The notes under the pieces were generated by a model. It saw only the letters and a program-made list of their open reading frames with translations, was not told where the DNA came from and made no database searches. DNA of 64,000 bases from Lutibacter sp. (GTDB lineage Bacteria; Bacteroidota; Bacteroidia; Flavobacteriales; Flavobacteriaceae), in assembly GCF_041596795.1 (NCBI RefSeq), contig NZ_JBFHHX010000003.1, positions 426 through 64,425 of the forward strand. The letters run 5' to 3'. Below, one piece after another: positions 1-8,399 of the stretch. The position numbers and the translations under genes were made by a program. The number at the start of each line of letters is the position of its first letter. Position 1 is the stretch's first letter.

Positions 1-91
1 CAATAGCAACATCGTGTTCTGATTTACAAGCAGTTGTACAAGCGTGACAACCTATACATTTTCGGTTATCAATTATAAAACCATACTTCAT
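1..91 (-). CDS. 4Fe-4S dicluster iron-sulfur protein (DmsB/NrfC-like electron-transfer subunit), first 30 codons only; gene runs off the left edge
   Basis: Not in ORF track. Hand translation of the minus strand from ATG at 91-89 gives MKYGFIIDNRKCIGCHACTTACKSEHDVAI with a CxxCxxCxxxC cluster motif. Confidence 0.7.
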   Translation of the reverse strand, partial: MKYGFIIDNRKCIGCHACTTACKSEHDVAI

Positions 92-116
92 TTTTAAAAT
101 ATATTTGGACTTCTAT

Positions 117-124
117 CAAAGTTA
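117..124 (-). promoter_or_regulatory. Bacteroidota -7 promoter box (TAACTTTG) for the 4Fe-4S gene
   Basis: Matches TAnnTTTG, 25 nt upstream of ATG 91. Confidence 0.4.
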
Positions 125-144
125 GGTTATAAGAATATTAGTTT

Positions 145-160
145 TGTAACTAACATCACA
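145..160. promoter_or_regulatory. CRP-type palindrome TGTAACTAACATCACA
   Basis: TGTAA-N6-TCACA. It lies 20 nt from the minus-strand -7 box at 117-124, in the divergent region between the Fe-S gene and moaD. Confidence 0.45.
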
Positions 161-219
161 TATTAATTTATTTAGAATGGTTTTAAATAAAATGATTCTT
201 TATTGTATTATAAATCACC

Positions 220-227
220 TATTTTTG
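220..227 (+). promoter_or_regulatory. Bacteroidota -7 promoter box (TATTTTTG) for moaD
   Basis: Matches TAnnTTTG, 20 nt upstream of ATG 248. Confidence 0.4.
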
Positions 228-247
228 TCAAATCATTTAAAAAAATT

Positions 248-490
248 ATGAAGATTCAAATACTGTTTTTTGGAATTACAACAGATTTAACCGGAGAAAA
301 ATCTATGAATTTGGAAATAGCAACCAAAACATCTGTTAAAAATTTAAAAGATGTTTTAGTTGAAAAGTTTAGTGGTTTAAAAAATTTGCATCAATTTGCT
401 ATAGCTGTAAATGAAGAATACGCCGATGATGCTTTAATTTTAAATGAAAATGATGTTGTGGCTATTATTCCGCCGGTAAGTGGCGGTTAA
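248..490 (+). CDS. moaD: molybdopterin synthase sulfur-carrier subunit MoaD
   Basis: 80-aa product MKIQILFFG...IIPPVSGG, ubiquitin-like size and C-terminal GG. The track start at 203 is rejected because a TATTTTTG -7 box lies at 220-227. Confidence 0.85.
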   Translation: MKIQILFFGITTDLTGEKSMNLEIATKTSVKNLKDVLVEKFSGLKNLHQFAIAVNEEYADDALILNENDVVAIIPPVSGG

Positions 491-762
491 TTTTTCAAGT
501 ATTTTTTATCGATATAAAAAGTGCCAAAAGGAATAATTGACGCTACTAAAACCGTGAAAAATGTTTTTGATTTCCACTCTAATTCATATTTTAATACAAT
601 TGCCAAAATAACATAGCCAATAAAAAGTAAGCCATGTGGCATTCCTAATAATTTAACAAAAGAATCTATCCCTGCTAAATATTTAATTGGGGTTGCAATA
701 AATAACAACAATAAATACGACACGCCTTCTAACCAGCTAACTATTCTAAATGTTTTTTTCAT
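487..762 (-). CDS. small integral membrane protein (DUF3817-like, 3 hydrophobic helices)
   Basis: 91 aa, hydrophobic segments SYLLLLFIATPI, GLLFIGYVILAIV, FFTVLVASIIPFG; family name from memory. Confidence 0.55.
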   Translation of the reverse strand: MKKTFRIVSWLEGVSYLLLLFIATPIKYLAGIDSFVKLLGMPHGLLFIGYVILAIVLKYELEWKSKTFFTVLVASIIPFGTFYIDKKYLKN

Positions 763-835
763 GATTTCAATATTTTAGTAGTAGCCGCAAAAATACACTT
801 TTGATTTCTTAACTTTGTAAACGTTATCTTAAAAA

Positions 836-1261
836 ATGGAAAATAGATCTTCAATAAAAATTACTTCATCAACTTTAAATCTGCAAGATTGCTACAATTT
901 TGTACAAGATGCTACGTGTGGTGGTATTGCTTTATTTGTTGGCACCGTTAGAAATGCTACGCAAAATAAAGAAGTTACTTTATTAGATTTTAGCGGTTAT
1001 AAACCTATGGCCATAAAAGAAATGCAAAAAATTGCGAATACTGCTTTGGATAAATTTGAAATTCATAAAATTGCCATTCATCATGCGGTTGGCGAATTAA
1101 AAATTGGAGAAATTCCTGTAATTATTGCAGTTTCATCGGCACACAGAAAAGCGGCTTTTGAAGCGTGTGAATTTGCTATTGATACCTTAAAAGAAACTGT
1201 TCCTATTTGGAAAAAAGAACATTTTGAAGATGGCGAAGTTTGGGTGAATTCGCACCCTTAA
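836..1261 (+). CDS. moaE: molybdopterin synthase catalytic subunit MoaE
   Basis: 141 aa, GGIALFVGTVRN ... AVSSAHRKAAFEACEFAIDTLKETVPIWKKE is the typical MoaE core. Confidence 0.85.
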   Translation: MENRSSIKITSSTLNLQDCYNFVQDATCGGIALFVGTVRNATQNKEVTLLDFSGYKPMAIKEMQKIANTALDKFEIHKIAIHHAVGELKIGEIPVIIAVSSAHRKAAFEACEFAIDTLKETVPIWKKEHFEDGEVWVNSHP

Positions 1262-3027
1262 ATTATTTCCATTTTTTTCAATAAAAAAGAAGCATTCATA
1301 TTTTTACAAATTCCATCTTTTAATTGATAGTCAAAGTTTAGTTCGTTGTTTATAATTTCCGCATCAAAATAATAGTTTTTGATTTCTTGCAAATCTTGCG
1401 CTATTTCACATAAACTTAAATCGTGCGTTGCAATAATTCCGGTAGAATTTGAAGCTACTAATTTTTCAACAAACTTTTTAGATCCAATTGCCTTATCTGT
1501 ACTATTGGTTCCTTTCAAAATCTCATCTAAAATGATAAAATAATTAGCTGTTTTTATTTCATCAACAATAAATTTAAGGCGTTTTAATTCTGAAAAGAAA
1601 TACGATTCATCATCAGCTAATGAATCTGTGGTACGCATACTTGTAATTAATTTTATTGGACTATATTCAAAATTTTTGGCACAAACTGGCAACCCAACAT
1701 TTGCCATAACAATAGATAAGGAAACGGTTCTTAAAAACGTACTTTTACCAGCCATATTTGCACCGGTAATAATAAAAAACTCTTGATTTTTAATTGTAAA
1801 ATTATTATCTACTCTTTGTGCTTCCTTTAATAATGTATGCCCTAAATCTGTTGCGTTTATAACAATATTACTAGTGTTAATGGTTGGAAAAACATAATTT
1901 GGGTGATTAAATGCAAAATTTGCCAGTGAATTTTGCGCATCAAAAAAAGCAATTACTTGAAACCAACTCTCTACTTTAGATTTATAGGTTTTAATCCACT
2001 TTTCTATTTGATAAGCTTGCTGAATATCTCTTAAAAACAAGCCATTTCCAAAAACAGCAATTATTACATTATTTCGCTGATCAAGCGCATCTAACAATTT
2101 GGAATATTTTTTAAAAATAACCGAAGCTTTTTCAGTTTCAGATTGTATTTCTTGTTGTTTGCTTTTTAATATTTCAGATGTAAAAGTGGCATCTTCAATT
2201 TCTTTCAATAATTTATAATACTGTTTAAAAGTATCTTTGGCATAACCAGTATTTTTATATAATTCATTCACTTTTTTTAAATACAAACCAGAAATTCCTA
2301 AACCCGTAAAAAGCCAAAGTAATAGTATTGTTGCAGGAATTAATTGCAACCCAAGTAAAACAATAATTCCAATTGAAATTATTGAAAACACTGCTGGAAA
2401 AAAGGAAATAAATTTAGGGAAAACAAAGTTATAATTATGAATCCAATTTACAATTTCAATTGCTGGATGCTCTACTTTTACCAAACTAGCAATTGCAGAA
2501 AAATTTTGTCGCCAAGTTGGCTTTTCGCTTAATTCTTTAATTCCTTTTTGTTTGGTTTCAATGCTTGAAATTGAATTAGAAGTTAATTCCGCAACCAATT
2601 CTTTTTCGCCCTCAACAGTAATTGTTCTATTGCAATATTGAAAAAAAGAACCTTTCCCAAACAAATCAATATCGTAACTAAACGGATGCTTTGTATTTAC
2701 AAATTCTCTTCCATCTTTTAAAGACAAATAATCTCTGTTTAATACCTTTAACTCTAAGTTATTAATTTTAATTAAAGCTTTATTTAAATTATATGTATAC
2801 TGTAAATTAGTATGTTTTAAAATTAAAAAAACAAACAAAGCTATTCCTAAAACTACAACAAAAGTAACTGCAGTATAGTTTCCAAAAAATACATAAACAC
2901 CTAAAATTATGCTTAAAAAAGTAAAAAACCGTAGCATACTAGAAATGTACAATTTCTTTTTTATTTTAGAAGATGCAACTATTAAAGCACTAAGTTGGTT
3001 GTTGTAGAATTCTGTTGGGTTTTGCAT
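1258..3027 (-). CDS. MutS-family ATPase lacking mismatch-binding domain, with about 4 transmembrane helices (MutS-related membrane protein)
   Basis: 589 aa. Walker A TGANMAGKSTFLRTV, Walker B FIILDEILKGTN, ATHD motif (MutS domain V). Two hydrophobic helix pairs near residues 30-70 and 205-245. Confidence 0.7.
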   Translation of the reverse strand: MQNPTEFYNNQLSALIVASSKIKKKLYISSMLRFFTFLSIILGVYVFFGNYTAVTFVVVLGIALFVFLILKHTNLQYTYNLNKALIKINNLELKVLNRDYLSLKDGREFVNTKHPFSYDIDLFGKGSFFQYCNRTITVEGEKELVAELTSNSISSIETKQKGIKELSEKPTWRQNFSAIASLVKVEHPAIEIVNWIHNYNFVFPKFISFFPAVFSIISIGIIVLLGLQLIPATILLLWLFTGLGISGLYLKKVNELYKNTGYAKDTFKQYYKLLKEIEDATFTSEILKSKQQEIQSETEKASVIFKKYSKLLDALDQRNNVIIAVFGNGLFLRDIQQAYQIEKWIKTYKSKVESWFQVIAFFDAQNSLANFAFNHPNYVFPTINTSNIVINATDLGHTLLKEAQRVDNNFTIKNQEFFIITGANMAGKSTFLRTVSLSIVMANVGLPVCAKNFEYSPIKLITSMRTTDSLADDESYFFSELKRLKFIVDEIKTANYFIILDEILKGTNSTDKAIGSKKFVEKLVASNSTGIIATHDLSLCEIAQDLQEIKNYYFDAEIINNELNFDYQLKDGICKNMNASFLLKKMEII

Positions 3028-4107
3028 TTAATATTTATCAATTCCTTCAAATAAACTAAATACGCATAAATCAGGAAATTTATTTTTAATTTTTTGGGTT
3101 ACATCGTAACTTGTAATTCCCTTTGTACAAACAATTATATAAGTTTTGTCAAAATTTGGAAAAAACTTTTCAATATCAAATTCTTTGTAAGGAATTTTTT
3201 TTTGAACTTGAAATGGAAGACTTATTTGAAGATTATTAATTACACTTATAATTTCTAATTTTTCATCACCAATTTTCTCTTTTAATTTGGATGATGATAT
3301 TAACAAAGCACTATCTTGGGTTGTACAATGTGCATCTAAATAATTAGAATCTCTAAAAATATTTGAAATTAGTAAAGCTTTATTTTTCTTTAATTTAATT
3401 TTTAATTGACTATTGTCCAGCGCGTTATAAATCAATAATTGATTGGTTAATAATTTACCAGTTTTGGTAATTAGTTTTATTACCTCATTTACTTGTAATA
3501 GCGCAATTATACCAACAATAGGATTTAAAGTGCCGGCTTCTTCGCAATTAGGAATATCGGTAGCAATTTCCGGAAAAGCATCACGTAAATTAGTTGTATA
3601 ATCTCCATCTCCATTTAATACATTAAACGTTGCCACATAGCCATCAAACTTGTATAACGAACCATAAACCAGTGGTTTTTTTTGAAGCACACAAGCATCA
3701 TTTATTAAATATTTAATTTGCAAATTATCCGTTCCATCAACAACCACATCATACTTAGAAATTAATTCTAAAATAGAATTTTTGTTAACCGATTTATTGG
3801 TAAACGAAACTTTTGTAAAAGGTGCTCTTTTTTCTATTTCTTTGGCAAGAATTTCTACTTTTGGCTGATGTACATCTTTTACTTTAAAAAAAACCTGACG
3901 ATGTAAATTTGAAACAGAAACCGTATCAAAATCTACCAAATGTAATTCTCCAATACCACTTGTAGCTAAATAAATTGCAATTGGACTTCCTAATCCACCG
4001 CAACCAATTACTAAAACTTTGGCTTTTTGCAGCAATTCTTGTCCGGCTATTCCAATTTCGGTTAGCGTAGTTTGCCTTTGAAAATATGACTCTTTATTAA
4101 AGTCCAT
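3028..4107 (-). CDS. moeB: molybdopterin-synthase adenylyltransferase MoeB/ThiF-type E1 fused to a C-terminal rhodanese-like domain
   Basis: VLVIGCGGLGSP nucleotide loop, DFDTVSVSNLHRQ; C-terminal IIVCTKGITS resembles a rhodanese active-site loop. Confidence 0.8.
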   Translation of the reverse strand: MDFNKESYFQRQTTLTEIGIAGQELLQKAKVLVIGCGGLGSPIAIYLATSGIGELHLVDFDTVSVSNLHRQVFFKVKDVHQPKVEILAKEIEKRAPFTKVSFTNKSVNKNSILELISKYDVVVDGTDNLQIKYLINDACVLQKKPLVYGSLYKFDGYVATFNVLNGDGDYTTNLRDAFPEIATDIPNCEEAGTLNPIVGIIALLQVNEVIKLITKTGKLLTNQLLIYNALDNSQLKIKLKKNKALLISNIFRDSNYLDAHCTTQDSALLISSSKLKEKIGDEKLEIISVINNLQISLPFQVQKKIPYKEFDIEKFFPNFDKTYIIVCTKGITSYDVTQKIKNKFPDLCVFSLFEGIDKY

Positions 4108-4943
4108 TATAGGTTTATTAAATTTTTTCCTACCGTATTTAAATAATACTTTTCATCTTTTATTACAAAGTATTTCTTTAACATATTAAGGTACGTAAAA
4201 TATTGCAAATCGCCAAAACCATAAACAGTATTTTCTTGTTGCCAAAAAAGCAATTTTTTAACTATCTCAGCAGATGTTAATGCTTCAGTAGCAACAATTT
4301 TAATTATTTTATTTTCAATTTCATTCAATCCGTTTTCTTGCGGAAATCTTTTTAAATGTTCATTTATTGCCAATTGTAAATACTCAAACTTTGACCATTT
4401 TTTAAAGTTGAATTTTTTTAATTTTTCAGCATTATTTTCAACATATAATTTCCAACTTTCATCGGCAAATATTAAGTTGTTTTTACTTATTTTAAGACGG
4501 TTTTCATATAATTTTTTGTAATCTTCTGATGTGAAATCAGCTAAGGTTTGCATCCTTTCTTTCCCTTTTACTTTTCCCGGACAAACTAAATGATAGGTTA
4601 CATCTTTTCTATAATTTTGAAGTAAATACGAACACAATGCAATTAAATTAACTTGACAAAACAAATCAAATTCGAACCACATTACAATTTCATCATACTC
4701 CGCTAAATCATCAATTTTTAAAAGTTCTTTTATGGTTTTATCAAAATATTCTAACTTGCTAACTGCAAAGTTTTCTTCAAAAAAAGCATATCTCTTTTTC
4801 CAAAATTCATCACTTGCAACAATGGTATCTAATGGACCATCGCACAACATTTCTCGCCAAATTACAACATCGCCTTGTATATTAGATTTTTTAAATATTG
4901 GCAAAATTGCATCACCGTTAAGTACATGAACTGTTTTAACCAT
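4107..4943 (-). CDS. DUF1835-type protein of unknown function
   Basis: 278 aa, N-terminus VHVLNGDAILPIFKKSNIQGDVVIWREMLCDGP is as remembered for DUF1835. Start and stop overlap the neighbours. Confidence 0.5.
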   Translation of the reverse strand: MVKTVHVLNGDAILPIFKKSNIQGDVVIWREMLCDGPLDTIVASDEFWKKRYAFFEENFAVSKLEYFDKTIKELLKIDDLAEYDEIVMWFEFDLFCQVNLIALCSYLLQNYRKDVTYHLVCPGKVKGKERMQTLADFTSEDYKKLYENRLKISKNNLIFADESWKLYVENNAEKLKKFNFKKWSKFEYLQLAINEHLKRFPQENGLNEIENKIIKIVATEALTSAEIVKKLLFWQQENTVYGFGDLQYFTYLNMLKKYFVIKDEKYYLNTVGKNLINL

Positions 4944-6069
4944 TAATTTCTTTTTGTGCAGCTTTAAAATCTTCAGGAGTATTAATGTTTCTAATTAAAC
5001 TATCATCAATTTCAATAATTTCAACATCAGAATTAATTAATACTTTTCGTGGACAAGAATACCCTTGACTCAAATAATTTAATAATAACGGATAACTTTT
5101 TGGTTCCCAAATTGTAATTAAAGGTTCTGGAAATTGAGTGTTTTTCCCTTTAATTGTAGTGGCTATTTTTGAAGGATTTCTATGCTTTAACAATAACTGA
5201 ACAACTTCATCATTTACAAAAGGTAAATCTGTTGCCAACACCAACCACGCAACATCTGGATTTTCCTGAAAAGCAGAACAAATTGCACCAAACGGACCTA
5301 ACCCAATAAATTTATCGGTAATTTTATTTTCAATTGAAATTTCCTGCTCTTCCCTAACCGAAAGGAATGTTTTTAACTGATGTTTTTCTAACAAATCAAT
5401 AGTTACATCGCGTTGATTTTTCCCGTAAAATTGCAGCGTTCCTTTGTCTGTTCCCATTCTGGTACTTTTACCACCAGCTAATACCAAGCCTTGAATTGGT
5501 GCTATTTTTTGTTTGATTAAATTCTCTATGTGTTTAGAAATTTTATCAATATCATTAATAGAATAACACATTAAATTTTTAATTTGTGGATTGTGCTCCA
5601 CCAAAAAATCAAAATATTTTGAGTCGTCTGTTAATTTTATAACAAACTGTATATTATTTAACTGGTTTAATCTTTTTAAAACAGAAGCTTCTTTAGTAGA
5701 ATCTAACACTAAAATCTGCTTTGCACCTTCATAATGATTTCCGTTAATAAACAACAAATCATACTGTGAAAACTGAATCCGTTGGTTAAATTTATTTACA
5801 TTAGAATTCTTTAAAATATTGGCCGTTCCTTTATGATGAAATGTAAACGTTTCCATAGGATGCGATTCAATTGAATCGTTATGAGAAGCATCAAAATAAG
5901 CCAATTTATATGTGTTTAATTGGTGTGAAACCTGCTCAACCAAATTAGAAATTACATCACATTTTGTACCAACAATTGATATCTCGTTAAACCCAAAATT
6001 ATCATTATCGCGTAATTTCAGTTTTGCGTGTTTTTGATGTTTACCCATTTTTAATATCACTTTTTCCAC
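4936..6069 (-). CDS. mobA: molybdenum cofactor guanylyltransferase MobA with an N-terminal MobB-like (degenerate P-loop) domain
   Basis: C-terminal half has GLVLAGGKSTRMGTDKG and LATDLPF (MobA). The N-terminal ~190 aa follows the MobB layout, but its P-loop is GTKCDVIS. Confidence 0.75.
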   Translation of the reverse strand: MEKVILKMGKHQKHAKLKLRDNDNFGFNEISIVGTKCDVISNLVEQVSHQLNTYKLAYFDASHNDSIESHPMETFTFHHKGTANILKNSNVNKFNQRIQFSQYDLLFINGNHYEGAKQILVLDSTKEASVLKRLNQLNNIQFVIKLTDDSKYFDFLVEHNPQIKNLMCYSINDIDKISKHIENLIKQKIAPIQGLVLAGGKSTRMGTDKGTLQFYGKNQRDVTIDLLEKHQLKTFLSVREEQEISIENKITDKFIGLGPFGAICSAFQENPDVAWLVLATDLPFVNDEVVQLLLKHRNPSKIATTIKGKNTQFPEPLITIWEPKSYPLLLNYLSQGYSCPRKVLINSDVEIIEIDDSLIRNINTPEDFKAAQKEING

Positions 6070-6517
6070 CTGTTTTTTCCAACAGCTTCACTTCTTTAAT
6101 TATCATTTTTTGAGAAACCGCTTTACACATATCATACACCGTTAAAGCAGCAATATTTACACCTGTTAGGGCTTCCATTTCAACACCAGTTTTTCCTTCC
6201 ATAGAAACTGTACAAAGTATTTCAATATGTTCATTGTCTATTATTTCAATAGTAATATCAACGCCATTTATTAACAGCGGATGACACATAGGTATTAAAT
6301 CAGAAGTTTTTTTAACTGCCTGAATTCCAGCAATTATTGCTGTTTGAAAAACAGGACCTTTTTTGGTTATCAATTCATTATTTTGAAAATGCGCAATAAT
6401 TTCGGTGCCTAAAAACATTATTGCCTGTGCAATTGCTTTCCTTTTAGTAACTTTTTTATCACCAACATTCACCATTTTTGGTTGGTTTTTTTTGTTGATA
6501 TGTGAAAAATCACTCAT
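6041..6517 (-). CDS. moaC: cyclic pyranopterin monophosphate synthase MoaC
   Basis: 158 aa, MVNVGDK..T.R.A, IPMCHPL, GVEMEALTGVNIAALTVYDMCKA. Confidence 0.9.
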   Translation of the reverse strand: MSDFSHINKKNQPKMVNVGDKKVTKRKAIAQAIMFLGTEIIAHFQNNELITKKGPVFQTAIIAGIQAVKKTSDLIPMCHPLLINGVDITIEIIDNEHIEILCTVSMEGKTGVEMEALTGVNIAALTVYDMCKAVSQKMIIKEVKLLEKTGGKSDIKNG

Positions 6518-6600
6518 ATTTTTACTTCGTTAATTAAATTTTTTATGCAAGGTATAAAGTTAATTGAAAAAAGCTTAATTTCGGTCAAAATTTAAGTAAA

Positions 6601-7203
6601 ATGAGAAAGATTTTAAGTTATGCAATCATTTTTTTAATAGGCGCGTTGGTTGCCTATTTCTACCTTAAAAAAGATCTTTCTGATAGCGAAAAAGAACAAA
6701 CCCAAATAATATTAAACGAAATAAAAAACGTTCGTAAATTGGTGGTTGTTGAAAGTACGTTTTCTCAAATGTACAATTATGAAAAATCGAAATATTTTTT
6801 AATTGAACAATTTTCTTTTGATAAAAAAGTGATTTTAGCGGTGCAAGCCAACATTCAAATTTCATATGATTTATCTAAAATGAAAATTGAAACAGACACC
6901 ATTAACAAAAAAGTTATTATAAATTACATTCCTAAGGAAGAAGTTTTTATTTCTCCTAAAATTTCATATTTCGATTTTGAACAAAGCACTTTTAATACGT
7001 TTACCAAAGAAGAATTAAACAAGGTGCACGCCAGAAGTATTCAAAAAATAAAAGAAGCTTCTGATATTGCTAGTTTAAAAGAAAAAGCACGAATTCAATT
7101 AGTTGAAGAATTGAAAAAAATATATAAAATGACGACTCTTTTAGATTGGGAATTTGTTGATCATACTGGCTTAAATATTGACCAAAATACTTTTAAGGAT
7201 TAA
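6601..7203 (+). CDS. DUF4230-like membrane-anchored protein
   Basis: 200 aa, one N-terminal TM helix then a soluble domain; family name from memory. Confidence 0.5.
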   Translation: MRKILSYAIIFLIGALVAYFYLKKDLSDSEKEQTQIILNEIKNVRKLVVVESTFSQMYNYEKSKYFLIEQFSFDKKVILAVQANIQISYDLSKMKIETDTINKKVIINYIPKEEVFISPKISYFDFEQSTFNTFTKEELNKVHARSIQKIKEASDIASLKEKARIQLVEELKKIYKMTTLLDWEFVDHTGLNIDQNTFKD

Positions 7204-7204
7204 T

Positions 7205-8398
7205 TTATCTATAGTTAATAATAGGGAAAATTTCACCTTTAGCAAAGTTGGTTTTATTAGCTGGCAACTCTAAAAAAGCATCTGCATTTACTAAATTTGC
7301 TAAATCTCCAGATCCTTTTCCAGTAATTGGCGTTGCAAATAAACTTCCATTTTCTTGATGTAATTTAACTTGTAAAAAATAGGTTAAACTAGGTTTAAAG
7401 TAAAAATCTTCAGCCAAAATTGCTTCACTTTTAGGAAACTCTAAACCAACAGATTTGTAATACCAAGGATAAAAATATTTAACACAACTAACAAACGTTG
7501 ATATTGGATTTCCGGGAAAAGCAAAAACAGTTTTATGCTGCTTTTTACCAAACCAAAAAGGCTTTCCTGGCCGCTGAGCAACTTGATGAAATAATTTTTC
7601 AACTCCTAATTCCGCTAAAACTTCAGGTATAAAATCGAATTTCCCTTTTGAAACTGCACCGCTAAAAAGCAATACATCATACTCAGTTAAAAAAACTTTA
7701 ATTTTTGAAGTTAACACTTCTTTATCATCTTTAATATGAGCGGTTTCAGCTTTAATATGAAGTTTTTCTAATAGCGAAGCCAGTGCATACACATTACTTC
7801 TTCTAATTTGATGTTCTGCCGGAATTTGATTAACATCTACCAGTTCATTTCCAGTAGAAACAATTATAACTTTTGGTTGTTTAGCAACTTTAATTTTGGC
7901 TTTTCCAACCGTTGCAAAAACACTAATTTCAGCTGCAGAAATTAAAGTGTCTTTGGGGATTAAAACATCGTGTTGCTTTCTATCCAACCCTTTTAAATGC
8001 ACATTTTGAAATTCCTTTAAAGTTTCTAATTGTACAGTTGCAACGTTATTTTTTATAGTTAATAGTTCATATTGAATAACAACATCAGTATTTTTTGGCA
8101 AAACAGCACCAGTCATTGCTTCTATACAATTTTCAGAATTTTTTAGTGATATTTGCGGACTTCCAGCAGCTTGAATTCCTTCAATTTTAAAAGCGCGAAT
8201 TCCTTTATTAAAAGCTGTTGATGAAATAGCAATTCCATCCATACTAACTCTGTTAAATGGAGGAAAATCTCTATCTGCAACAATATTTTCCTTTAAAATT
8301 CTACCAGAAGAGTGCAAAAAATCAATTTCTTCAATTCCAAAATCTTCCGAATTGTTTAAAACTATTTGAAGCGCTTCTTTAACCGTTGTTAATTCCAT
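7205..8398 (-). CDS. moeA: molybdopterin molybdotransferase MoeA
   Basis: 397 aa, SMDGIAI, STGNEL, LFSGAVSKGKFDF, FAFPGNPIS motifs. Confidence 0.85.
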   Translation of the reverse strand: MELTTVKEALQIVLNNSEDFGIEEIDFLHSSGRILKENIVADRDFPPFNRVSMDGIAISSTAFNKGIRAFKIEGIQAAGSPQISLKNSENCIEAMTGAVLPKNTDVVIQYELLTIKNNVATVQLETLKEFQNVHLKGLDRKQHDVLIPKDTLISAAEISVFATVGKAKIKVAKQPKVIIVSTGNELVDVNQIPAEHQIRRSNVYALASLLEKLHIKAETAHIKDDKEVLTSKIKVFLTEYDVLLFSGAVSKGKFDFIPEVLAELGVEKLFHQVAQRPGKPFWFGKKQHKTVFAFPGNPISTFVSCVKYFYPWYYKSVGLEFPKSEAILAEDFYFKPSLTYFLQVKLHQENGSLFATPITGKGSGDLANLVNADAFLELPANKTNFAKGEIFPIINYR

Positions 8399-8399
8399 T

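Noticed and set aside
105-119. FNR-like TTGGA-CTTCT-ATCAA near the Fe-S gene start
   Set aside because: The spacer is 5 nt rather than 4, the first half-site deviates from TTGAT, and the site overlaps the proposed -7 box.
203-247. N-terminal extensions in the ORF track (also 24430-24498, 45820-45867, 19583-19636, 11100-11138)
   Set aside because: In three cases (moaD, the HU gene, the bacilliredoxin-like gene) the extension contains a -7 promoter box. In all five an internal start gives the family-typical N-terminus. In the 11100-11138 case the long form would overlap the upstream gene by 28 nt.
3195-3203. T9 homopolymer (A9 on the coding strand) inside moeB as a possible phase-variation tract
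   Set aside because: It encodes a Lys-Lys stretch in an AT-rich genome. Such runs are common here, and moeB is not a plausible contingency gene.
6518-6600. Searched upstream of moaC, moaA and moaD for a Moco riboswitch
   Set aside because: moaA has no upstream intergenic space because crp abuts it. The moaC and moaD leaders are short and AT-rich, and I could not recognise a conserved stem architecture. A covariance-model scan would be needed for certainty.
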